DNA of 64,000 nt from assembly GCA_951406725.2 (NCBI GenBank), contig OX597814.1, positions 42,098,001 through 42,162,000 on the forward strand. Reading direction: 5' to 3'. Source of the DNA: Octopus vulgaris. Taxonomy: Eukaryota. The position numbers were made by a program, and so were the translations under genes. This document shows positions 53,372 to 64,000 of this stretch, piece after piece. Position 1 is the stretch's first letter, and each line of letters begins with the position of its first letter. The notes under the pieces are model-generated. The model worked only from the letters and a program-made list of their open reading frames with translations, had not been told where the DNA came from and searched no databases.

Positions 53372-53372
<1 letters not shown>
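52790..53372 (-). mobile_element. ORF-less palindrome-rich element carrying a hammerhead ribozyme, bounded by TA runs
   Basis: Contains hairpins at 52999-53041, 53124-53139, 53140-53159 and 53178-53187, and the hammerhead at 53281-53323. Confidence 0.6.
53281..53323 (-). ncRNA. Type I minimal hammerhead ribozyme, U3-A8 core variant
   Basis: Minus strand GCUACA-UUGACAA-AGGG-caaaua-CCCU-GAAAC-GC-GUC-UGUAGC: perfect 6-bp stem I, 4-bp stem II, palindromic stem III ACGCGU and a GUC cleavage site. Confidence 0.8.
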
Positions 53373-53427
<55 letters not shown>

Positions 53428-53602
53428 GACGCAGGTGTGGGCGGGTTGTAAGTAGCTTGCTTACCAACCACAGGGTTCAGGGTTTAGTCTCACTGCGTGT
53501 CTTCTACTATAACCTCGGGGCTTGTGAGTGGATTTTGTCGACTAAAGGTGGTTCTCCAGTTTGGCGGCAATCAGATAAATGAAATAAGTAAAGGAATAAA
53601 AG
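53428..53602 (+). mobile_element. Family A SINE with multiple internal deletions
   Basis: gtaagtagcttgcttaccaaccac...gtcttctactata...cttgtgagtggattt...cgactaaaggtggttctccag. Confidence 0.8.
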
Positions 53603-53625
53603 AATATATGTATGTATGTATATAT

Positions 53626-53660
<35 letters not shown>

Positions 53661-53663
53661 TTA

Positions 53664-53701
<38 letters not shown>

Positions 53702-53837
53702 CATTAAATATATAGAGATATATACATAAATATATCTCACATATATATACTTGTATATATGCATATATATATACATATATATTTATGCATATGCACACGC
53801 AAATACACGTCGACACACACACACACATATATATATA

Positions 53838-54976
53838 AAGTGAAATATTATTACCGTTATAATCAGTACTAATGAGGTGGCTAGCAAGTTTCTACTTATT
53901 TAGGTGCAATATAAAATAATTAAAGAAAAGTATTGTAAATATACCCCTTGCTAAAAATCAAAGACAGTTTGAGAAAACCACCATAAATTTTGCGATATAT
54001 AAACACACGAGCAATGCAATGAATATTTTTTTTCAAAATAGGTTTACCTCTGTATAGAATACAAATATAACTAATACATATTCCAATATCAATTGATTTC
54101 ATGACTTTGCATGATCGACATGATGTGCAATCATCGGTTGGAAACAGTATTTGACATCTTTTTTTAAAATATATATTTCGTCAACTCGTGTGCGTTTTCA
54201 ACTTTAAACATCCGACTTCGTTTAAAAGAAAACATCGTAAACAATAAAAAAAATTAAAGAAAGTGATGTATTATTACCGTTATAAATAGTAATAATGTGG
54301 TAGCTAGCATGTTTCTACCTATACAGGTAAAATATAATATATTTAAGAAGAGTAGGGTAAATATACCCCTTGCTAAGAATAAAACCAACAGCTACAAAAG
54401 ACCACCATAAATTTTGCTTATCTTTGTATTCCATTCGGCGGTAAGCCTATTTAAAAAAATATTTTTTTGCCTTGCTCCTGTGTATATTTATCGTAAAATA
54501 TATTGTGGTTTCTTGAAGCTGACGCTTGAATTTTAGCAAGGGGTATATTTACCCTACTTTTCTTAAATTATTTTATATTGTACTTGTATAGGTAGAAACT
54601 TGCTAGCCACCTCATTATTACTGTTTATAATGGTAATAACACTTCCCTTTATTTAAATTCCTATTGTTTGCAATAGTTACTTTTAAACGAAGAGGGACGT
54701 TTAAAGTTAGAAACGCACACGTAATGAATATTTTAGAAATATATGTCAAATGCTTTTTCGAACCGATGATTGCAAAGCGTATTTATCATGTAAAGCATGA
54801 AATGAAATTGATATTATGGTATGTATTGCTTATCTATGTATTCCATTCAGAGGTAAGCATATGTTTTAAAAAATATATTCTTTTCATTACTCGTGAATAT
54901 ATTTATCGTAAAACTTATGGTGGATTTTTGAAATTGTCGCTTTGATTTTTAGCAAGGGGTATATTTACCCTACTTT

Positions 54977-54979
<3 letters not shown>
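53838..54979. repeat. ~424-bp tandem repeat array with an internal orientation switch
   Basis: Forward units at 53838-54261 and 54262-54417 (partial); reverse units at 54418-54645 (partial) and 54646-54979. Landmark taaatataccccttgctaa occurs twice forward and twice reversed. Confidence 0.92.
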
Positions 54980-55030
<51 letters not shown>

Positions 55031-55411
55031 GTATGTATGTATGTATGTATGCATGTATATATGTATGTATGTATATATGTATGTATGTATATATGTATGT
55101 ATGTATGCGTGTGTGTGTTTATGTATATGTGTATGTATATTACAGACGGATTGAATTATACAGAGAATTCACATTTTAAGTAAGAGGTAGTCAAGATTCG
55201 GTTATAAACTATTGATTTAGCGCATTCGTCCGATTTAGGTTTGAACTCATGAAAGCATTTTTTTTTTTACAGCAGATTAATTTCATTCAAATATTTATGA
55301 GTTATTTCTTTTAAAATGGATTTGAATTTGTTTTGCTGACTTTTTGAATAATTATGTTTTGGAAGTGGTTATTTGAGAGATTATTTTTTATTTCCAATCT
55401 ATTTGTGTGTC

Positions 55412-55443
<32 letters not shown>

Positions 55444-55712
55444 TGTATGTATGTATGTATTTATGTATGTATGTATGTATGTATGTATGTATGTATGTAT
55501 GTATGTATGTATGTATGTATTCGACTGTATGTGCTGATAAGCGTGTTTAGTAAGGGGGGAATATTTAATCTAAGCAAAATATGTATAGAGAGTATTAATT
55601 TTCGATGAGAACTTATTCATGATGAATCCATGAAAGTTTTGTAAGCGCTAAATACATAGGTTTTATCTACTTACTGATGAACTTCCTGTTATTCAGATAC
55701 ATGTATGTATGC

Positions 55713-55761
<49 letters not shown>

Positions 55762-55779
55762 TACACATATATACGTACA

Positions 55780-55975
55780 GTCAATTCAATGAACAAACAA
55801 TTTAAAACACGAGTAAATAACGAAGAGAGATCATTCGAACTTGACGACGTGCACAAGAATTATATTATTTTGATGCTCGGTGAAAGGAGAGAGCTTTTAA
55901 CGTTTCGGCTCTTCGTCGGAAAGGTGATAGGGAAATGTGTAAAAAGAAGAAAGGATATCGCCAACGGCCCATGTG
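55780..55975 (-). repeat. PLE terminal-repeat-like copy with a minimal hammerhead-like motif
   Basis: Minus strand cttt-CCGACGA-agagcc-GAAA-cg-TT-aaaag (55894-55923). Related to 35151-35345. Confidence 0.55.
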
Positions 55976-56652
55976 TAGTAACATTTATGTATACATACAG
56001 AGAGATGTATAGTATGTAGATGTACGTTGGATATTGTTGTTTGGAGGTCCACGAAGATAATCACATTTGAGTCAGCTTGCAGTATCATAGTTAAATAACA
56101 CGTATATTAATAAGTAATGAAATAAAGAATAAATATATTTATTCATTTCATATATTATTTTCATTTCACTTAAATTATCGCCTCAATTATTTTATATTGT
56201 TATATCTTTGTTTTAATGATCCTTGTTTAGATTGTCAAAAGTATTGCCTCTTTTATATGATTTTCTCTTGTTTTTAATGCCCCTTCCACATTCAAGTTTC
56301 TTATGTATTTATCTCTTCAATTTCATTTCTACAATCGCTATTTTGTCTTTTATCTCTGTTCCGTCACTCCCCGTTACTCTCTCCCTTTTCCTTCTTTATG
56401 CATTTTATCCACCTGCAACAACGGCTTTGTATTTTTTATTTCCAATTCTAAATGCTTCAAAAACGCCTCACCACAAAGCAGAATACTTCTCTCAGTTATC
56501 ACTAACCCAATCCAATAGAGAGTTCTATGAAGATCCGTTCTGTTAATGTGGGAAATGCACTTGGAACACTCAAGGCAAGTTTCCATGCATGCTTAATGGT
56601 GAACTGAAATTATATAAACAACTTTTGATCATATTAAGTTTCGCTGTATATG

Positions 56653-56704
<52 letters not shown>

Positions 56705-56729
56705 CATTTCTATACATACACACACACAC

Positions 56730-56805
<76 letters not shown>

Positions 56806-57470
56806 TATATGGGTACAGCACCTCACCAACGGTGCAAGTAACATGAGATACGTAAACAAACGAGTTAAATAAGTACAACGAGAAAAAGTGGAAAACAGGA
56901 TAGGTAAACACAGAGAAAGGAATCTTTAACAGTTGTCACCTGTCTATCTTTCCTCATTTTGAGCACTCAAGTGCAATATAAGTCTTCAAAAGCTTTTCCT
57001 CCCATAAATTGAAGGAGGGGGAGAAAATGGAGTTAGAGAAAGATGGAGGAACAAAACTGTTTAGTAGAGAATCATATCAAAAAGGTGATGATTAACTTAC
57101 TTGGGAATGGATGCGTCGCATTCAATTAAAAAATAAATTATAAAATTATATATATATATGTATGTATGTATGTATGTATATATATATATATACATGCATA
57201 TATGGGTACAAGAGTCACAGGCAGTGCAAATAAAAAGAAATACGTAAATGAACGAGTTATATACGTACGAGAAAAAAGTGGAAATCAGGATAAGTAAATA
57301 CAGAGAAAGAACCCTTCGTCAATTGTCGGCTGTATATCTACTTCTCATTTCGAGCATTCATCGACAATATGATTCTTCGAAGACAGTTTCCCTCATGAAT
57401 TCTAAATTAAAATTCAGGATTTATGGAGGGTCAAAGCTGGGAGCATAAACGGAAACCGAACGAAAACAAA
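56806..57470 (+). repeat. Two diverged tandem copies of a ~250-bp repeat (56806-57020 and 57199-57470)
   Basis: Both begin atatgggtaca and share tacgtaaa, acgagtta, gagaaaaagtggaaa.caggata.gtaaa.acagagaaag. Confidence 0.8.
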
Positions 57471-57972
57471 CATGGAGGAATATTAGACTAAAAAGAGAGG
57501 GCTTTTAATCTAGTATATAGTTTTTAAGGAACTGACCTCGAATGGGAACATCTGCAAACAGATCTCTTATGTATTTGGAGAATTTGTTGTAATTGCCTCC
57601 TCCAGAGTTATATCTCAATGACGATCATATTCGTCGCAAAAACAAATCATGTTAAAACATCGCCGAAAAGAATTTTAGAAATTAAAATTTAGGAATCCAA
57701 AATTTCAAAATTGCACGTCCGGATTCGGCCAGGAATGCTATTAATTTACTCACAGAGTTGATCTTTAGATTATAAAAACGGATATTACATCATTGATCAT
57801 ATATTACAATTTACGTAGAGCCAACACTACAACATTTGCAGAGGCTAGATCTTAATGATCGTGTTTTATTTTTACACAGAATTATACTTAAAATTCTGTA
57901 ACATAAAACTGTTTCACAAGTCAGTTTGTGTAGAAATATATGTTGTAACACTCCAAATCCTGTTGCTACGTC

Positions 57973-58024
57973 ATGAAATTAACAGAAATATTACAGAAAT
58001 GAAATTAACAGAAATATTACAGAA
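57973..58024. repeat. 26-bp perfect tandem duplication
   Basis: atgaaattaacagaaatattacagaa occurs twice. Confidence 0.95.
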
Positions 58025-58983
58025 ATATATAACGTAAACCATTTTAAATTTAAAATATCTTATGCAGAATTATTATATTCTTTTTCACATCAATTCCTTG
58101 ATGTAACTAAGAAATCACAAAGACGAGTCCTCATCTTTTCTCTTAAATTCTATTGAAAAAATGCAATTATTAGATTTCCGTTTATGAAAATAGTTTTTGA
58201 TGTATTAATACAATCCGAGTCGCATAAATTTTAAAATAGCCTTTCCATAAAAATACGTCATTGAAAAGCACTATAGAATATAAACGAATACTACAATGAA
58301 AGTCAAGAGAACCAAGGAACCAAATACGACCTATTAAAATGGCAAATGAAATGCTTTCTCATAGCTTAATGGTTTTCCTTTATTCATCTTTTATTATTTC
58401 CATTTTCCGACATATTTCATTGAAAATACATATCGCATTCAATCCCATGGCTTCTAAGTGCATCTATTTATTGGATTATCAATGCATTGTTGACCTTAAT
58501 GAGGAAACAGCCTCACGTTTTTCATATTCATAGGGTGTCAATGAGGAACATGATAATAAAATTGTTTTTAAAGGTTGCTACTATAAAGGCATGAAATGTT
58601 TCTGAGATGAGTGAATGCAGTGGAAATATTTTATTGCATGTTCATAATTGTCTTGACTTTAGGAGATTATTTTGACATCCCAGATAAGCATGAGATATGG
58701 GAATGCTTTAAACATCATAAAAAATAGATATTTGATTAACTTTTTCAAGTCAATAAACAATTCATGTTCAGTATTTCGACTTATATGCACCTACTGTCAT
58801 TACAATATCTATGATTTTTAGCTAACCCATGCATAGAAAGGACTATTCTGATTTTACCCACACTCTCACGTTCAAACGAACATTTATATGTACATATACA
58901 TGCATACATACATGCAAGCACACATATATGAATATATGTATATATGTATATATATATGTGTGTGTATACACACACACACACAG

Positions 58984-59020
<37 letters not shown>

Positions 59021-59512
59021 CTACAGTAGGCACATAAATATGACAGAAGGTGAGGTAAAAAAATATTCGAAAACAGGAGGTAGAGTAATATCAAGAACAG
59101 CTGCTACTCAATTTCACATTCCCATTCCTCGGACAGTTGTAATAAAGACTGGAACAAAAGGTTTATACGTATAAATACAATGTACAATTTATATTGACAG
59201 ATACATATTTGAATTTGGCTTCATTTCATTAGTCGTTTCAACAAATGACTTTTCAGAAACGGTACTCTAAAATTAAATATCGTATTGTGTAGAATCGAAT
59301 AAAACAGTTATTCAAATATAAATCATAGTTAAGAGGGGAAACATACATGCCCAGAGTAAATTAATTTCTGTTAAAATAAGTTTACTTATAATGTGAGTCT
59401 CTTTATAATAAAATATTCACTTACAGAAAATCTAAAAACATAAATATATATAGACACACGTTATTCGCATACATCCGTTATATATGCACACACTAAAATG
59501 CACAAAAACTGT

Positions 59513-59564
<52 letters not shown>

Positions 59565-59569
59565 TAGCC

Positions 59570-59740
59570 TTGATAGATCGATAGCCACTACACATTCTAT
59601 ATTTTCTCGCCTTGTTTCTTTCTATGTTCCCTTCTGTGGAAGAAAAGTTAAAGACATTTTCACTTACCGTGTGTTATACTAATACAATGGTTTTTATGTC
59701 TACACCACTTGTCTTCGTCTTTTGCTTTTGTGAAATCTCC
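59570..59740 (+). repeat. Dispersed repeat homologous to 9020-9220
   Basis: Reverse-complement homology; flanked by (TA)n on both sides. Confidence 0.6.
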
Positions 59741-59801
<61 letters not shown>

Positions 59802-60371
59802 TAAAAAACGGTAAGATAACAAAAGAAAGAAAGAGACCTCAATAATATGTAAATAGAGGAAATTTATCTGTAAAATAATATGTGACAATCATTCGGTAGC
59901 CACCATCTCTTCGGTTATCTGGCCATCTGAAAAGACGCTATGAAAAAAGACCATTATACAAAGGGAACTTACTGTGTTATAGTCCGCTACTTACACAAAA
60001 GCGCTAATTCAAATGACCGCTAATTAAGATAAGGATAACAGTTCATAGTAAACACGTAAGCATGCCTGTTCATACGTATACATGTGTGCTCGGGCACCCA
60101 CATGCGTACGTATACCTCACTATGAAAACTTACACATCTTCACTCGCATTTTTTGCCAAATGTATATGCATATATATACAAACTCATACACACACACGCG
60201 CACAAAAGATCATACATACGTCTACATACGCACAAGCACAAGAAAAAACAGGGTTAGCATGTGTTTATCTATCTATCTCCCTGTCTATACTGTCTATATA
60301 TGTATATATTTATAAATACACATATATACATATATATACATATACATATATATATACATATATATATATAA

Positions 60372-60424
<53 letters not shown>

Positions 60425-60465
60425 CATATATATATATATATATATATATGTACATATGTATATTC

Positions 60466-60498
<33 letters not shown>

Positions 60499-60526
60499 AA
60501 TAAATGCATATGCATATATTTATATA

Positions 60527-60567
<41 letters not shown>

Positions 60568-60624
60568 GTGTGTGTGTACGTATAAATATACATATATATA
60601 CAGGCGAAGGCACATCTGTGTGAT

Positions 60625-60795
60625 AGGCGCAGAAGTGGTTGTTTGGTAAACATAAGATCGCCTCCCAAACAATTTGTTCCGGGTTCAGTTCCATTATGTC
60701 ACAACCTGAGCAAGTATCTCTTACTGTGCTCTCGTTTTGATCGAAGCCTTATAAATGGATGTAGTAGACGGAAAATGAGAGAAACCTGTCGTTTA
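60625..60795 (+). mobile_element. Family A SINE, diverged 5' half
   Basis: ggcgcagaagtggttgtttggtaa...gttccgggttcagttcc...gtagacggaaaatgagagaaacctgtcgt. Confidence 0.8.
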
Positions 60796-60799
60796 TATA

Positions 60800-60853
<54 letters not shown>

Positions 60854-63224
60854 AATAATATTTCGACTAGTTATTTCCATTCTATCCATCTTATGCGAAG
60901 TATATATTTGATGCATCATCCATAAATATGATTCAATTAAAAAGGCGCAATCGGGAAATTAATTCATCATTTCTATTCGGCTTTATTACGGTGAGGCATT
61001 GTCTTCAAGGTTTAAAGTTGCATAGCGATTTAACGTTAAGATCAGACGTTAGACTCAGTGTTATTTCGGAAGTTATCTGTTATCTAGTTAAGAACCTAAA
61101 TGCAATTGTTATGTGGTTCATACCGTATTTATAAGGTTGTTTCAACAGCCTACTACGTTTTAGATCATTCAAAATCAGTTTTCATATAACAATACTTGGT
61201 TCATAGAGGTTAATTCCATCGTAAAGGACTTCAAGGTAAGCAAATCAATTATGGATTTTCATTGATCTCATAACGGACAGCTGTATGTCTTTAAGCAGCT
61301 AAATGCTACATTTAACTTTTGATTTAATTCTACCATTATATCAGTAAATATCATGGTTCCGGAACTTAACTGCGATTTAATGTAATAGAGTTTTCTCATC
61401 ATATGTCAGATGATGATCTCTCATCTTACCATGTTCACTTAAAGAATTTTAGTACTCTGTGTCTGCCAAATTTTCTCCGTTTCACTGACTTTCCAAAGAG
61501 ATGCTGATTAGCTTTCTTCAGAACATCCTCCACGTCGTTTGACAACATCAACAGACTTCAGATTTAGTCAAGCGAAATTTGGTATACTACATCTACTTAA
61601 ACAAAGTGGTTCTCGGCCTATCATGCAAATGAGATATGTAATTGAATTTGATTAATTCGTAAATACAACTGACTTCTAAAAATCTTTTAAATATGACTGC
61701 TGCAAATTTAGATTAATGTGAATTGTTATTGTTTTATATACGATAAACTCATAAAATTTACCACACAGATATCCTTTTCTATGCACCTCAAATATAAAGG
61801 CGATTTGTGCACGGATTCCTACTAATTGTGGGTTACTATTTATATTTGCTGTTGTTTTATAATCTTCCTTAAATGAAACACATTAGGCGCACTTAGAGCG
61901 ACTTTAAATATGCATAATTTAAAACATTTTCAACATACTGGACTTGGTTTCGGATAAAGTTTCTAGTCAAATTATAATACGCTAATAAGTAGTAATAGCT
62001 TGCCTCGTTACTCACCGTGAAATATGAAATCCGTTGCAATAGGTGGAAAGGCGTCCCATACCGCCTTCTGTGTTCTGGAAATAACTGAAAACCTTGTCAA
62101 CGGATTTCTTTGACTTTGTCATTGATTTCATACCATCAAAATCCTGATTAGAATTTCACTGGCTGATAAGTAGCACATTAGACTCCCATTATATAGGGAA
62201 AGGTCCAAATACCAAATATATTAGGCTTTAGAAGGTGACATCTTCCTAAGATGTAACGTTTTGCGAACGGAACCGATAGTCCGCAGTTAGAAAGGAAACT
62301 TATTCATTTAGCCATACAAACCTAATACACATACATGCACCAAGCACACACATATGTGCACACAGGCGTGTGTTTATCTATCTATCTCGGTAACGCGTTG
62401 TCCGACCAACGCAAAGCTTGTTTTATTCCGTTTTTATTCACATGAATATCCGATTCGTCATGTGTTCTGCTTTTGTATCTTTCGCTCTGTTTACGCCAGA
62501 CGCTCAGCTGTCCGAGCGTCTGATTATTTGTACTCCTGCTTCTGTCTCTTTCCCTCTGTTCCACCAGACACCCCACGCTTGCGTTAACAACCTCATCGAT
62601 CGTTCTATTTGCATGTTTGTCTCGATCTCAGACAAATATTTCATAAAAGACACCTTCTAATTTCGGTGTGACCTAATATTTTCTACCGGATTTTTCGACT
62701 ATATTCAACGTATCTCACTTCGAAACACGCCGCAAGCCACGTTCTTCCGAACAAGAGAGTGTAGAGGGGTGTTGAGGACCTTGGAGTTTTCCAAGAAACC
62801 CTCATTTTAACAACAGCAGAGTTTTGTTATATAGATTTTTTTTCTTTTCCATATTATTTCGCATGCTTTCGATGAATATGACATCGAAATCATGCGTAAA
62901 GGGCATTTACCCCCAGAATCCGGAATGTTGGCTTCTATTTCTAACACGCTCCGCTACCACGTAATAGCTATTTCGGGTCCTTTATCACAAACAACTGTAT
63001 TTCCTCATAACATAGAGAAATGGATGTCTTTTAAGGTACGCATTCATATAAAAAATGTGACGTTGTTGCCGTTGTTGTCGTGGTATAAAATTTTACGAAA
63101 ATTGACTTATAGAAAATATTATAATGTAAAATGTCTGTAATGCAAATATATAAATGAAATAAAGTTTATTGCTGAATCTTTTGATACTCCATATGATTTT
63201 TATTGAAATCCAATTTGCCTATAA

Positions 63225-63331
63225 TTGAACTAGATGTTAGTTCATCATGTATACAATGTTTGGTGAAGGTTGGTTCCCTGATTTGGGCAGCAAGATAGTA
63301 ACAGACAAAAATTGCCCTTTATATAGAAGAT
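63225..63331 (-). mobile_element. Helitron-like 5' terminus (element may extend left toward ~62000)
   Basis: Minus strand A-TCttctatataaagggcaatttttgtctgt...aaccaaccttcaccaaacatt resembles the 5' ends of Lep1-type non-autonomous Helitrons. Confidence 0.45.
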
Positions 63332-63858
63332 ACATATATGCATGTGTGTTTATATATATATATTTTGTGTATATACATTCATACACACAACACATGTATA
63401 ATTCTTAGGTATTTACATATATCTCTTATGGATTTGCTCACACGCATACATGACGAATGCTTGTCTTTTTAGCCTCGGTGATACTATAGATGTTACAGCA
63501 ACACTAACTGGAATTCCTTTTCAAAGATAAATGCAATGCAGAAACATGATGATGGGGATTGTATAAATATAAGCTACATCCGATCACATCATATGCAAAA
63601 TCAACATTTATTACACGCTTGACTGGATACGATCTTTTAGATGATGGAAACATTATTTGCTTGCTTTGTTTCATCTACACAAGAATGGCTAACAAAACAT
63701 GATCGGTTTTGAAAGACACACTCAGTTATGAGCTCAACATTTAAGAGATTACCTTTGCCTACGTCGTTTTATTTCCCAGCGTCTCTGTTACTCTTTTTCG
63801 TGTTTAATGTGATTCTCTTTAAATTACAAGGCCATATTGATTACACTTTTATCCTTGA

Positions 63859-64000
63859 CTAGCAGTATCGCCCGGCGTTGCTCAGGTTTGTAAGGGAAAT
63901 AACTATAAAGCATTTTTAGAGAGTTATAGCCAAAAAATAGCCAAAAAAAATGGAAAAAAATGATGGTAATTTTTTTTTAGTTAAAAAAGGTGGAGTTGCG
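63859..64000 (-). mobile_element. Helitron 3' terminus; element continues beyond the window
   Basis: Minus strand cctgagcaacgccggg hairpin (63871-63886), 8 nt, then CTAG-T (63859-63862). Confidence 0.7.

Noticed and set aside
62380-62790. CpG-richer stretch as a promoter
   Set aside because: No associated exon or core-promoter evidence; it may be internal to a Helitron-like element.

Overview
AT-rich (mostly non-coding) animal genomic DNA with dense (TA)n, (CA)n, (TAA)n and (TAC)n microsatellites. The tRNA-SINE families and the repeat landscape suggest a cephalopod, probably Octopus (inference from family recognition, no search run). I found no supportable intact host protein-coding exon. 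Nearly all ORFs in the track are microsatellite translations or decayed transposon fragments. Recognisable content: a stack of R4/Dong-type RLE LINE fragments at TAA repeats, a decayed Gypsy LTR element split by an insertion, RTE LINE remnants, several Penelope-like (GIY-YIG) remnants, three SINE families, non-autonomous Helitrons, mariner and pogo MITEs, and a 424-bp repeat that switches orientation. The main observations are: (1) a textbook type I minimal hammerhead ribozyme at 53281-53323 (-) with a compensatory U3-A8 core variant, inside a palindrome-rich ORF-less element, plus about seven further decayed hammerhead-like motifs; (2) a candidate recursive splice site with a cryptic 34-nt RS-exon at 37929; (3) a ~1.6-1.8-kb inverted segmental duplication inserted into the Gypsy pol gene, with a perfect 155-bp locally templated inverted insertion in one copy only. 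Repeat boundaries were read by eye and are approximate unless stated as exact.
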